53,394 nucleotides of DNA from a virus (taxonomy: Duplodnaviria; Caudoviricetes): IMG/VR virus record IMGVR_UViG_3300027963_003320, positions 1 through 53,394 of that record. One strand, given 5' to 3'. The notes below the pieces were generated by a model. It ran no database searches, was not told the origin of the DNA, and saw only the letters and a list, made by a program, of their open reading frames with translations. Positions 29,914 to 40,296 of the stretch are shown here, one piece after another. Each line of letters opens with the position of its first letter. Position 1 is the stretch's first letter. A program made the position numbers and the translations under genes.

Positions 29914-31059
29914 ATGATAAAGCTTAAATCATTAATAAATAAATCTTTTTTATTAAAGGAAGAGGATATCGTCAAAAACAAAAAGACGGGTAATGTATAT
30001 ACTGTACAACAAATGGACCCCGATAAACACGATAAAGCAACCCCTGCTGAGATTGAAAAAACTAAAGCTAAGTCAGGTGGTGTCATTCCGAAAGTAGGAC
30101 AAGAACCATCTACACCAAAGCCAGGTGTTAACCCACAGGCAAAACCTCAACAACCAACGGCACAACCCGCAGCAGGAGAAAAACCGAAAGCAGGAGAAAA
30201 ACCAAAAGCACAACCTACACAACCTCAACCAGGTGAAGCACCTCCTCCAGGAAAATTAAGTGGTAAAGATTTTCAAAGTTCTGCAGAAAAAAATGCAGAA
30301 AAAGAAAAACCACAAAGACCTGGTGCAGATGATATGAAGTTGAAAAACTTAATGCCAGGCATTGATACATCTAAAAAAACATTAGACCAAGTTAGTCCGA
30401 TGGAAAAAATGGAAGTAGCAACTAAAATTGATGCTTTGGTTGCAATGACCGATAAGGCAAAAGCAAATGGTGAAAAACCAGAATTCTTTAATCTTTGTGA
30501 TGTATCAATTCCAGGGTCAAATATATATTGTGAAGATAATTTAGGTATAGATAGAAACGATATGCCTCAATTCAAAGGTGATGCAAGACCTGGTTCACCA
30601 GCATCTAAATTACCAAAAAATAAAAATGGTGAAGTTGATGGTGAAGCATTCTTTAAAGAACTATTAGTAAAAGATGGTATTAAAGTAGATGGCCCACATG
30701 ATGTTCCACCGGATAGATTAAAAGCAACTCAAAAGAATATGGTTGGTGATAAAGTTGCAGGTATGTATAAAGGACTTGAAGAAAATCCCAATGACCCAGG
30801 TTTAACAGCACCTATATATGTTTCTAATGATGGTTATGTATTAGATGGCCACCATAGATGGGCAGCAATTGTTGCATATAATGCAAAAAATCCTGATAAG
30901 CCAATTCCTATGAAGGTAAACATAATAGATGAACCTATAAAACCATTGGTAAACAGAGCAAATAAGTATGCAGACCACATTGGTATTGAAAAGAAAGCCG
31001 CAGTAGCAGGACAGAGGTCGGGTACACCTCAAAACCAATCTCCAGAAAAAAAAAAGTAA
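29914..31059 (+). CDS. ParB/Sulfiredoxin-like domain protein with Pro/Gln/Lys linker, possibly virion-associated
   Basis: L.ATQ...PIYVS.DGYVLDGHHRWAA motif; start MIKLKSLI at 29914. Confidence 0.72.
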   Translation: MIKLKSLINKSFLLKEEDIVKNKKTGNVYTVQQMDPDKHDKATPAEIEKTKAKSGGVIPKVGQEPSTPKPGVNPQAKPQQPTAQPAAGEKPKAGEKPKAQPTQPQPGEAPPPGKLSGKDFQSSAEKNAEKEKPQRPGADDMKLKNLMPGIDTSKKTLDQVSPMEKMEVATKIDALVAMTDKAKANGEKPEFFNLCDVSIPGSNIYCEDNLGIDRNDMPQFKGDARPGSPASKLPKNKNGEVDGEAFFKELLVKDGIKVDGPHDVPPDRLKATQKNMVGDKVAGMYKGLEENPNDPGLTAPIYVSNDGYVLDGHHRWAAIVAYNAKNPDKPIPMKVNIIDEPIKPLVNRANKYADHIGIEKKAAVAGQRSGTPQNQSPEKKK

Positions 31060-31100
31060 ATACTAAACCATCCAAAAGAGTTTCTTCTAATGGTGAGGAA

Positions 31101-31784
31101 ATGGGAACAATTCAAACTAAAAAGGGTTCAACTATTTTTGGTGTAGAACATGATGATATTGAAGGTGCCAAAAAAGTGGTAGATGATGTTAAAAAAATGT
31201 ATTCACCAAATGATAAAATTGTATTTATGGGTGAAGGTGGTGACAAAGATAATAATTATGTTCCAGGTAGTGAACAAGAATATATCCACAATGAATTAAA
31301 AAAATCATTTCCAAATATGGAAAATGATAGTTGGGATGGGGCAGATTTAGATGTCCACAATGACCAATCTTTACTATATAAATATCAAAAAAAGAAAACC
31401 GGATTACCACATAATATTATTATGGCGGGCAATTGGGCAAGTATGGTTGGACAAGGTGAGGGGTTAGATAGTATGAATCCATCTAAGTATTTGGATGACG
31501 ATGGTAAGAATTTTTTACAACAATCAGCAAAAGAAGCAGGATTTCCACCTATTAGCAATTTTGACAAACCAAACAAAAAAGATAAAAAAATATTATATAG
31601 ATTATCATTCCCTGCAGATTATAACGATAAAAATACTGGTGTAAGTAAAGTATCTGATTCATTCAACGCAGCTAGAGATGAAAATTTAATTCGTAAAACA
31701 AAGGACTACGAAAATAAAGGATATAAAGTGGTATCAACTGCAGGAAATGGCCACATTGATTTAATAAAAAATAGAAAAAAATAA
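31101..31784 (+). CDS. Hypothetical protein with TraB/ChaN/EreA-like motifs; possibly a frameshift extension of the upstream gene
   Basis: FGVEH...GEGG...RDENL...AGNGH; the frame is open back to the A10 run at 31046-31055. Confidence 0.55.
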   Translation: MGTIQTKKGSTIFGVEHDDIEGAKKVVDDVKKMYSPNDKIVFMGEGGDKDNNYVPGSEQEYIHNELKKSFPNMENDSWDGADLDVHNDQSLLYKYQKKKTGLPHNIIMAGNWASMVGQGEGLDSMNPSKYLDDDGKNFLQQSAKEAGFPPISNFDKPNKKDKKILYRLSFPADYNDKNTGVSKVSDSFNAARDENLIRKTKDYENKGYKVVSTAGNGHIDLIKNRKK

Positions 31785-31790
31785 ATTGTT

Positions 31791-32531
31791 ATGAATAAGT
31801 TATGGATTTTTGGTGATAGTTTTTCACATGGGCATGGCTTTAATGATTCCGACCCATTTTATGAAGTCACTTTATCCGATGATATTGATAAACGATATTG
31901 GTGTGAAATTGTAGCAGATGAATTAAATTTAGAACTACATAATCATGCTAATGTGGGTGCATCTAATGATTATATATTAGACACCATCTTAAATAACGCA
32001 GACAAGATTGGAGAAAACGATTATATTGTAATCCAAGCTGCGTATTATAGTAGATTTGATGTTCCACATAAAAGTTCATTTAGTTTCTTACACACAATCG
32101 TTAGATATGGTGATAGTAGACATATTAAAGTAAACCTAATAGGTGACGACGATATGACCGACCACAAACACGAAACATTAGTAGACTTTGCAGTTTACTT
32201 TGCAGGATTACCAGCATACGAACATAGACAACTTAATAGATTTGAAAAATTAATAGGTTTATTAAAAACAAAAAATGTTGTATTTTGGTGTTTAAAATCT
32301 CCAGATTCTCCAAATATAGATGAAATTGAAATTATAAAAAAACCATACTTTATAAAATTTGATGAAAAGTATATAGGTGCGGAAGATTCTTATAAAAATT
32401 ATAAAGCAACTATGACTGACGAAAGTGGTGGTAAAATACAAGATGGGCATATCGGTGTTTTAGGACAACAAGTGATGGCAATGGAAACTCTTAAAAAATT
32501 CAACAAAACATACGATGACAAAAGAAAATAA
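31791..32531 (+). CDS. SGNH-like protein (paralog 5)
   Basis: LWIFGDSFS.G, GASN and DGHIG..G. Confidence 0.75.
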   Translation: MNKLWIFGDSFSHGHGFNDSDPFYEVTLSDDIDKRYWCEIVADELNLELHNHANVGASNDYILDTILNNADKIGENDYIVIQAAYYSRFDVPHKSSFSFLHTIVRYGDSRHIKVNLIGDDDMTDHKHETLVDFAVYFAGLPAYEHRQLNRFEKLIGLLKTKNVVFWCLKSPDSPNIDEIEIIKKPYFIKFDEKYIGAEDSYKNYKATMTDESGGKIQDGHIGVLGQQVMAMETLKKFNKTYDDKRK

Positions 32532-33294
32532 TATATTTGCAGTAGGATGCTCTTTTACATGGGGTGAATCTTTACAATTCTTTTCAGGATTAGATTCAGT
32601 AGTATGGAAAAAAGTAAGACCACAATTTCCAGACGCATTTAAAACATTGGATGATGGTCAATTAAATTTTATTAAAGAAAACAGATGGCCAGCACAATTA
32701 GCTAAAAAATTGAATGTAAATCATATTACTCAGGCAAAGAATGGTGGTTCAAATAATCAATCTTTACTTAAAGCTCAATATTTTTACAATAATACTGAAA
32801 ATTTAAAAAACTATAAAACTTTTATAATACAAATTACCGATTTTTCCAGAGACCCAATTATTTTTAAATTACCAAATGGTGAAACTATTGGAATAAGTGA
32901 TGCATCTATTATAAGAGAAGAAAAGGAAATATTTGGATTAGCTAATGATGATATAATATTTGATTCGTATCAGTATTTTTATGATAAATTATATGAATTT
33001 GTATTAGAATTAGAAAAATCAAATATTAAAACATTTATAATATGTTATCCTAAAGATGCAGTAGAACCATTATTAAATCATAGTTTATCAAAATATTATG
33101 TTCCATTGATATATGATAGTATAGAATATTCTTCAACGGATGATATAAGTAAACACCAACCACAATTAGTAATATCAAACTACTTTGCACCACAAAATTT
33201 AAATTATGGTGATAATCATTTGGTATTAGAAGGACATAAAATAATTTGTGATAGTATTTATTCCAGAATACTTGTAGATAATAATTTAAAATAA
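32515..33294 (+). CDS. SGNH-like protein (paralog 6)
   Basis: AVGCSFTWG, GGSN and DNHL..EGH. Confidence 0.72.
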   Translation: MTKENNIFAVGCSFTWGESLQFFSGLDSVVWKKVRPQFPDAFKTLDDGQLNFIKENRWPAQLAKKLNVNHITQAKNGGSNNQSLLKAQYFYNNTENLKNYKTFIIQITDFSRDPIIFKLPNGETIGISDASIIREEKEIFGLANDDIIFDSYQYFYDKLYEFVLELEKSNIKTFIICYPKDAVEPLLNHSLSKYYVPLIYDSIEYSSTDDISKHQPQLVISNYFAPQNLNYGDNHLVLEGHKIICDSIYSRILVDNNLK

Positions 33295-33300
33295 TATAAT

Positions 33301-34158
33301 ATGCTATTAAAAAGAGGTGACAATAACGAAAGTGTCAAACAATTACAAACAAAATTAGGTTTAGAAGCAATTGGTAACTACGGCCCTAAAACCGAAGATG
33401 CAGTAAAAGCATTTCAATTAAAAAATGGTTTAACTCCAGATGGTATTGTAGGAAATACTACATGGAATAAAATTATGGGTATTACGGAAGCAACAGCTCC
33501 AGTAACTCCTGCAGAAGTCTTAACTCCAAAACCAACTCCTGTAACAAATACAACCGGATTAAAGTTAGATACATTAAAAGGACATATTCCTGATAGTGTT
33601 ATAGCAATGATACCAGAAGTAGCATCTAAGTTTGAAATCAATACTCCATTAAGATTGGCTCATTTCTTAGCACAATGCGGACATGAAAGTGGTGGATTTA
33701 AATTAACACAAGAAAACTTAAACTATTCAGCTAAAGGTTTGAATGGTATCTTTAAAAAATATTTCCCAACATTAGAGTCAGCGGTTCCATACGAAAGAAA
33801 ACCAGAGAAAATTGCCAACAAAGTATATGGTGGTAGAATGGGTAACGGAGCAGAAGCAAGTGGTGAAGGTTGGAAGTTTCATGGTAGAGGATTTATTCAA
33901 TTAACAGGAAAAGAAAATTATACAGCATTCACTAAATCAATCGGTGAAGATTGTGTTGCAAACCCTGATTTAGTAGCAAGTAAGTACGCATTGGCTTCAG
34001 CAGCATGGTTCTTTAATAAGAATGGTTTACATAAAATGGCTGATGGTGGTGCAAACGATGATACTGTTACAAAAATTACTAAAAGAGTAAATGGTGGAAC
34101 TATTGGATTACCTGACCGTATCAAACATTTCAAAGAATATTATCATTTGTTGGCATAA
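33301..34158 (+). CDS. Endolysin: peptidoglycan-binding domain plus GH19 catalytic domain
   Basis: LKRGD...VKQLQ...AVKAFQ..NGL..DGIVG; AHFLAQCGHESG, ENLNYS, GRGFIQLTGK.NY and VNGG..GL.DR. Confidence 0.93.
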   Translation: MLLKRGDNNESVKQLQTKLGLEAIGNYGPKTEDAVKAFQLKNGLTPDGIVGNTTWNKIMGITEATAPVTPAEVLTPKPTPVTNTTGLKLDTLKGHIPDSVIAMIPEVASKFEINTPLRLAHFLAQCGHESGGFKLTQENLNYSAKGLNGIFKKYFPTLESAVPYERKPEKIANKVYGGRMGNGAEASGEGWKFHGRGFIQLTGKENYTAFTKSIGEDCVANPDLVASKYALASAAWFFNKNGLHKMADGGANDDTVTKITKRVNGGTIGLPDRIKHFKEYYHLLA

Positions 34159-34159
34159 A

Positions 34160-34189
34160 TTTGGTGTATTGAAATAATTTTCGTATATT
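34160..34189 (+). promoter_or_regulatory. -33/-7 promoter (copy 5)
   Basis: TTTGGT at 34160 and TCGTATATT at 34181. Confidence 0.7.
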
Positions 34190-34195
34190 AGTTAT

Positions 34196-34384
34196 ATGGA
34201 AAAATTAAAAATTACATTAAATGTTATTATCGTCACTTGTGTTATAGGTTTAGCAATATCGTATCTAACACAATTGATACCAGCATTACCAAAATTGACA
34301 TTCTTAGAAGCAGTTGGAGTATATTGTCTTTGGACACCATTACATCACTTTTTGAATACATTTGGAAAAGATAATATAGAATAA
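34196..34384 (+). CDS. Small two-TM membrane protein
   Basis: Two hydrophobic stretches in 62 aa, directly after the endolysin. Confidence 0.6.
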   Translation: MEKLKITLNVIIVTCVIGLAISYLTQLIPALPKLTFLEAVGVYCLWTPLHHFLNTFGKDNIE

Positions 34385-34441
34385 TACTATTTATAATGAC
34401 TTATTTTATATTTATATTCGTAAAAGTAAAAACGAGTATAT

Positions 34442-35098
34442 ATGAAAGCAAAGTTATTGCATCTAAAAAGTAACGCAAGGAACTATTTTGAAAAGTTTCT
34501 TATTGGTTTTGTTGGTCTATGGGTTGTAAGTGCATTATTATTTGAAGTAGTAATGATTACTTTGGAAATGTCAGGTAAAACCGAAACCACACAAGCGGTA
34601 TCGAATTGGTTTAGTTGGCATTTTGATGGAAGATTTAAAAATAGTCCAGAAAATATAATGTACAACGCCGAAGAACATATTTGGGTTGAAAGTGTTACCA
34701 ACGAAGTTAAAATTGGTAAGTTAGCAGGAAATAGAAAATTGGAGTTTGGTGTTAAGAATATTTTAGAAGAGTATTTACAGGAAAGAGGATTAGACCTTGC
34801 AACTGATGCAACACAAAGATTAAAAGTTTCAATTATATATTTGGATGTTTTGACTACAAAGAAAAATGTTTCTATTTTTCATAGTGGAGAAGAAACGGTG
34901 GTAATTCGTTTGAGAGGAACATTATACAAAGATGGTAAAAAAGATAAAGAGGTTATAGTAGAGGAAAGCTCGTCAGAAATCTCAATGTCAACTCTTATAG
35001 TAGATGAGGGTGGTAAATTTAATCAGACATCATTGAGTAACGCACTTAAAAAGGCTTCTGACAAATTAATCACTAAACTATTAGGAGAAAAAAAATGA
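34442..35098 (+). CDS. CsgG-like protein, membrane-anchored paralog
   Basis: FGVKNILEEYL and KFNQTSLSNALKKA align with LGVANIVLEYL and KFNQSTISISTKKA of the 43259 ORF. Confidence 0.55.
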   Translation: MKAKLLHLKSNARNYFEKFLIGFVGLWVVSALLFEVVMITLEMSGKTETTQAVSNWFSWHFDGRFKNSPENIMYNAEEHIWVESVTNEVKIGKLAGNRKLEFGVKNILEEYLQERGLDLATDATQRLKVSIIYLDVLTTKKNVSIFHSGEETVVIRLRGTLYKDGKKDKEVIVEESSSEISMSTLIVDEGGKFNQTSLSNALKKASDKLITKLLGEKK

Positions 35099-36753
35099 TA
35101 AAAACACTATTAACGATACTTGGAATACTAGTAATATCCATATCGTCAAATGCACAATTAACAATAAACCAATCAGTAACGCCTACAACAGGTTTAAAGG
35201 TTGGTGATACTATTTCAGTAAAGTATACAGTTGCAAGAGGTACAACTACACCAAGATATTTTTGGTTGAGATATCAATTCAACAATAAAGCATTAGCATA
35301 TGTTTCAACCACATTCTCACAAGGAACATCGGTACAAACATATTACACAAGTTGGACATCATATAAATTTACAGCAAGTACGGCAAATAGTATTACGGCT
35401 AAAGATTTGTATGCACAATATCTAATATCTCCATGGGGTTACGCAACTAACGCAGATTGGAATGTTGGTCAATTGACTGTACAAAGAACAGATGCATCAA
35501 TCAACGGAGATATTGCAACTCAAAAATATGTAATTAAAGATTTGGGTGAATATACAAACATTCATAAATTAGACTTATCTTATTCAATTGACGCAACAAG
35601 TGCATACATTACTCCAATTACAACCGACCCAGGTACAATGTCATTAACAAATGTAACAGGTAACACATCTCAATTCAAAGTAAGAGTTTTGTTTCCAACC
35701 GGATATAATATTGCCGACCATGGAATTTCATTATTACAATTAAACGCAACTAAAACTGATGTTAATTGGGGTACTTCTACATTGGCATATAAACAATTAG
35801 ATGCAAGTGGTGAAGCAACATTTACTACTGAAATTAAAGTTGGGGATACGATTGGGTTAATGGTAAGTCCACCAAACGCTAAAACATGGATGAATAATAT
35901 TATAACAGTATCCGACGCATATAAAGCATTTTTAGGTATTGCTCAAACTGACATTAATGGTACAAAAAACTTTTTCCAATATAATCGAGAAAGAATAATG
36001 GCCAATGTATCTAAAGATGACGGAGCTGGTACAGGTATTTACAATGAGACAGACGCATATTATTTATTTTCACATGTAATGGGTATAGATGTGAGTACAC
36101 AAGCATATATCCCATCATCTACCGCAACATCACTTCGTTATGGTAGTTCATTATTAAATCAAGGATGGTTAGATGGTACAAACAAATATATAACAATAGT
36201 AACATCACCAACACAGGTTGTAGATATGGTTTTTGCTTGGAATGGTGATTTAGATTTTTCTCACTCATCTTCTCTAACCGAAATTGCAAGTAGAATTGCA
36301 GCCGGTACTTATGCAAATTCAATAAAAGATAATACAGCAACAATTAAATCATTTGGAGTTCAATCAATGTCATATACACCAACGATTGAGGAAGCTAAAT
36401 TAGGTTTGGCATCTACAATTGTGAATGGTAAAGTAGTATTGACAGGAACATTGACAAGAGAGGGATTAGCGGGTTTAGAGGTAATCTTACAATACGATAA
36501 TACTAAATTAACTTTTGACAATATTTTATTTGACGCAGGAGCAGGTGTAACTAACTTTTCAACAAACGGAGATGGTAGATTAACATTTGGTTCTATGGAC
36601 CAGACAAAAGTAGGTAGAATTAGAATAGGTACTCCATACAAATTAACATTTATTCCAAAAGAAACTATAACAAATACTGCAGGTTTATTCTATACAGTTT
36701 TAGCTGACGCAGTTGATGGAGCCGGAAATAAGATTAACTTAATAGTTGAGTAA
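35095..36753 (+). CDS. Secreted beta-rich protein with dockerin-like and cohesin-like regions
   Basis: Signal peptide ending SNA-Q; ITVSDAY..F, AWNGDLDFSHS and LAGLEVILQYDNTKLTF. Confidence 0.6.
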   Translation: MIKTLLTILGILVISISSNAQLTINQSVTPTTGLKVGDTISVKYTVARGTTTPRYFWLRYQFNNKALAYVSTTFSQGTSVQTYYTSWTSYKFTASTANSITAKDLYAQYLISPWGYATNADWNVGQLTVQRTDASINGDIATQKYVIKDLGEYTNIHKLDLSYSIDATSAYITPITTDPGTMSLTNVTGNTSQFKVRVLFPTGYNIADHGISLLQLNATKTDVNWGTSTLAYKQLDASGEATFTTEIKVGDTIGLMVSPPNAKTWMNNIITVSDAYKAFLGIAQTDINGTKNFFQYNRERIMANVSKDDGAGTGIYNETDAYYLFSHVMGIDVSTQAYIPSSTATSLRYGSSLLNQGWLDGTNKYITIVTSPTQVVDMVFAWNGDLDFSHSSSLTEIASRIAAGTYANSIKDNTATIKSFGVQSMSYTPTIEEAKLGLASTIVNGKVVLTGTLTREGLAGLEVILQYDNTKLTFDNILFDAGAGVTNFSTNGDGRLTFGSMDQTKVGRIRIGTPYKLTFIPKETITNTAGLFYTVLADAVDGAGNKINLIVE

Positions 36754-38657
36754 TGAAAAAATTATTAGTTACATTCCTTTTAACAATATTATCATTCGTA
36801 ACCTACTCTCAATCAGGAGTGGGTTATGTTAATTATACCTCTTACAAAACACATAATGGTACGGGGGTAACAAACCAATACCTACAATTTCCATATACGG
36901 CAGCCGAATTTGACAATATATTAAACACAGCAAATTCAAATACAACCATAACAAGTACAGGAGAAGTTACTCTCGCAACTATGTGTAATGGTTCAACCGG
37001 AACACCACATTGGGGAGGTGATTTTTACGCAATTAAATTTGAATTTTGGTTTATCCCAACACAAACGGGTAGTTATTCATTTGGTATTAATTCAGATGAT
37101 GCAAGTGATTTATCCGTAGATGGAACAATGATAACAACTTTCTATGGTGGACATGCTTCCTATGCATATTATTATGGTTCAACAAATATGGTTGCTGGTA
37201 CAAGGTATAAGATAGTTGTTAGATATCAAGAATATGGTGGGGGTGATGCACTTTATGTAAGATGGTCAAGACCAAATGCACCAAATTCATATTCATATTG
37301 GAATGAAGAAGTAACAAATATCAATAGTACACCAACTAAAAAAGCAGTAGCAAATTTTAATTTGAATACCAATCTAACAGCAACAACATTTGCAGTAGCT
37401 TCGGCACTAAGTTCTGCAGGTTTGGTTGACATAACAACATCATTAGATAGTACTAAAATATCAAGCGGAACTAAGGGAACAATTGTAGGTGGAGAAGTTG
37501 AATGGTCATATATTGATTTAGGTGCAACAACAAGCACATTACACATTGATATGAGAAAATTTGGTAATACAACACCATCATCGGTTTCTCAAATAAATTT
37601 ATTAGATGTTTATGATGGTAATGTAACTTATATTAGTAATGATGGAACATGGTCAAATTATACTATCCCCTCATCTCTACCAAAAGTAACCAATGGAACA
37701 TCAACCAATACTCAATATATTAGAAATGGTAATGGATACTACGCATTTAAGTGTGAGGTAACATTTGCATCAGTAATGGCATATAATCCTCAATCAATAT
37801 CCGTAACAACTACAAATACAATATCAACTTTATATAATAGTATTGTGACGGTGTCGGATGTTTATTTGGCATTTAAGGAATTTGCAAATGGTGGTATATT
37901 TGGAAATCAAAGTGGTAACGAATTTACATATGGTATTCAGTATAAGAATGCAGATATAAATGATGATGGATATTTTAATGAAAAGGATTGTTTTGCATTA
38001 CTACAAAATTTGACAGGTGCAAAAACATTAGTAGATACATTCAACTTAAATAAAACAATGAGAATTATACCACAAACAAAATATGATAGTATTGGTAAAT
38101 CTAATTGGACAACATTTACAACACCATTGGGTAGTGGGTATTCATTTGATATAAACACAGGTAAAGCATCCGATACATTAAACTTAACAATGGCTTGGAA
38201 AGGTGATGTAAACATATCACATTCAACAACACCTAAGTCAAATGGTATTACTACAATGAGTATTAAAACTATGAATGTGGTTAGTACCGATATTAACGCA
38301 TCTATAATGACGGAAATAATTGGTGATAGTATTTATGCATATATTACATTAGACCCATTAGGACAAAATGTAGTAGGTACTCAATTCCAATTAAACTATG
38401 ATAATTCGGTCTTAAAGTTCAAAGGAATACAATTTACTACAAATGGTTCACCTACTAACTATGCAAGTGATAAGGGTGATTACATCAATTTGGGTTCGTT
38501 GGTAAGTGATGGTAGTACAAGTTTAGATAAGACAACAACATATAAGATTTCATTTTCGTCAAACACAAAATTGGATAACATATTGGGTTTAATTTCAATA
38601 GGTTCAACGGACGCAGTTAATAAAGATGGAAAAACACTAAAAATAAAAATAAACTAA
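36753..38657 (+). CDS. Secreted PA14-domain protein with dockerin-like and cohesin-like regions
   Basis: Signal peptide; PA14-like TGSYSFGINSDDASDL.VDG...YQEYGGG; ADINDDGYFNEKD; VVGTQFQLNYDNSVLKF. Confidence 0.7.
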   Translation: MKKLLVTFLLTILSFVTYSQSGVGYVNYTSYKTHNGTGVTNQYLQFPYTAAEFDNILNTANSNTTITSTGEVTLATMCNGSTGTPHWGGDFYAIKFEFWFIPTQTGSYSFGINSDDASDLSVDGTMITTFYGGHASYAYYYGSTNMVAGTRYKIVVRYQEYGGGDALYVRWSRPNAPNSYSYWNEEVTNINSTPTKKAVANFNLNTNLTATTFAVASALSSAGLVDITTSLDSTKISSGTKGTIVGGEVEWSYIDLGATTSTLHIDMRKFGNTTPSSVSQINLLDVYDGNVTYISNDGTWSNYTIPSSLPKVTNGTSTNTQYIRNGNGYYAFKCEVTFASVMAYNPQSISVTTTNTISTLYNSIVTVSDVYLAFKEFANGGIFGNQSGNEFTYGIQYKNADINDDGYFNEKDCFALLQNLTGAKTLVDTFNLNKTMRIIPQTKYDSIGKSNWTTFTTPLGSGYSFDINTGKASDTLNLTMAWKGDVNISHSTTPKSNGITTMSIKTMNVVSTDINASIMTEIIGDSIYAYITLDPLGQNVVGTQFQLNYDNSVLKFKGIQFTTNGSPTNYASDKGDYINLGSLVSDGSTSLDKTTTYKISFSSNTKLDNILGLISIGSTDAVNKDGKTLKIKIN

Positions 38658-39559
38658 TGAGACATTTAATAGTATTTATAGCATTTATATTTGCTTGTTT
38701 AATTACAGATAAAGCTTTTGGACAAATACAAAAACCTGATACACTACAATTATCACCAAAAGAATTATTTGGAGAAAGTGGTAATATGAATAACTTAGGA
38801 ATATTAGAGTCTTATATTGATTTTTCAAAAGATGTCCTATCATCATCAAACCTTTCAGTAGGTATAATTGGAAAGCAAGTATCTACTACATTAAATTTAG
38901 GATATAGTAAGTCATCAAATAATGGTAAATGGGCTCACTCATTTGCATCATCAATAAATCCTATATGGAACTACTATGGAGTAGGTTATGGTTTTAGTAG
39001 AAATACGGATACAAGAACTACTACATTACAATCATTCTATTCAACCGACTTTAATTTTCAAAAAGATATTACCTTATCATTCATAGATGTATTTAGAACT
39101 AAAAAATGGGGAACATTTGGATATAGTTTAATTGCATCAAAATCATTTTGGAATTCATACGAAGGTGAGTGGGAAGGAAAATATACAGTAGATGAAAATT
39201 ACAATTGGGTGAAAAATATATATCCAATATTACCGGCAGCATCTCAAATAACTTATAGGGGTATGGCAATGTACACATATACATTCAAAACAAAAAGAGT
39301 AAACATCTCACCACAAATATTTGCTATGAGTGATATCTACAAAGTATTCAAAGATGGTACTACATCGGATTTAGCATACTTTGATGATTTCAATTTGGAC
39401 TTATATTGTGGTACATCTATTGATTGGAAAATAACCAAAAGATTTATATTAAACACTAACATCAGATATAATACAACTTGGGATAAATTAAGTGAGTCGG
39501 TTGGATATAAAAAGAGTAACCCAATTCTATTTATGATAGGAACAAATTTTCAATTTTAA
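38657..39559 (+). CDS. Putative outer-membrane beta-barrel protein
   Basis: Signal peptide (AFG-Q), alternating aromatic strands, C-terminal GTNFQF. Confidence 0.65.
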   Translation: MRHLIVFIAFIFACLITDKAFGQIQKPDTLQLSPKELFGESGNMNNLGILESYIDFSKDVLSSSNLSVGIIGKQVSTTLNLGYSKSSNNGKWAHSFASSINPIWNYYGVGYGFSRNTDTRTTTLQSFYSTDFNFQKDITLSFIDVFRTKKWGTFGYSLIASKSFWNSYEGEWEGKYTVDENYNWVKNIYPILPAASQITYRGMAMYTYTFKTKRVNISPQIFAMSDIYKVFKDGTTSDLAYFDDFNLDLYCGTSIDWKITKRFILNTNIRYNTTWDKLSESVGYKKSNPILFMIGTNFQF

Positions 39560-39903
39560 TGAAAAAGATATTATTCATATTAGCATTGACTTTAATTGGG
39601 TGTAGAAAAGTAGAACCAGTAGTGATAACACCTGTTGTAACAACAAATGTATTCAATAATGCCAAAAACACTATTGATAACGGACAAGAAATACAATTTG
39701 ATTTAACAAAAAATGGTATATATACTCTAACAATGGGCGATAGTACGACCAACCAAGTTTTGACAAGAGAAAGGTTTAATGGTAAAATTGGAATAAATAA
39801 AAAGAAAATATACACTAAATCGTTATCAGTTAAATATTTATATCTGTTATTGGAGGATGAAAACAAAAGTAAAGTAGGAAAAACAATAATAATAGTAAAG
39901 TAA
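39559..39903 (+). CDS. Lipoprotein
   Basis: Lipobox LIGC after a hydrophobic leader. Confidence 0.7.
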   Translation: MKKILFILALTLIGCRKVEPVVITPVVTTNVFNNAKNTIDNGQEIQFDLTKNGIYTLTMGDSTTNQVLTRERFNGKIGINKKKIYTKSLSVKYLYLLLEDENKSKVGKTIIIVK

Positions 39904-39904
39904 A

Positions 39905-40285
39905 ATGAGAAAATTAGATAAAATTTTAGGATTAGGATTTTTGTTAACATTGGTATTGCTAAGTTGTAGAAAAACAAACGATGTAATATTGATAAACCAA
40001 ATCCCATCGGAATTAGCAATTAATAGTGTAAGTGGTATTAAATTGGAAACACCATTTGTAACATCACAAGTATCTATGAATGTTAAAAGTGAAGTAGCAC
40101 AAACAGTGACTATTAAGATTTTTGACATATCTAATCGTGTAGTATCAAAGTCAACAAGTGATGTGAAAGCAGGTGATAATGTATTAAAAGTATATACAAC
40201 CGCATTACCATCATCAGCATATAGAATTGCATTATTTGATAACAAAGGTAATCAATTAGGAATAACAGATTTTAATAAAATATAA
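39905..40285 (+). CDS. Lipoprotein with Ig-like / T9SS-CTD-like domain
   Basis: Lipobox LLSC; VTIKIFDI..RVV...G.N......L.S..Y.I.L pattern. Confidence 0.62.
   Translation: MRKLDKILGLGFLLTLVLLSCRKTNDVILINQIPSELAINSVSGIKLETPFVTSQVSMNVKSEVAQTVTIKIFDISNRVVSKSTSDVKAGDNVLKVYTTALPSSAYRIALFDNKGNQLGITDFNKI
40249..40285 (+). repeat. 37-bp perfect direct repeat, copy 1
   Basis: TAATCAATTAGGAATAACAGATTTTAATAAAATATAA, identical to 41017-41053. Confidence 0.95.
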
Positions 40286-40296
40286 AACTAAATAAA

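Noticed and set aside
35086-35098. A-run before TGA (GAA AAA AAA TGA) as another -1 frameshift
   Set aside because: An ordinary ATGA overlap explains it, and the downstream protein has its own signal peptide.
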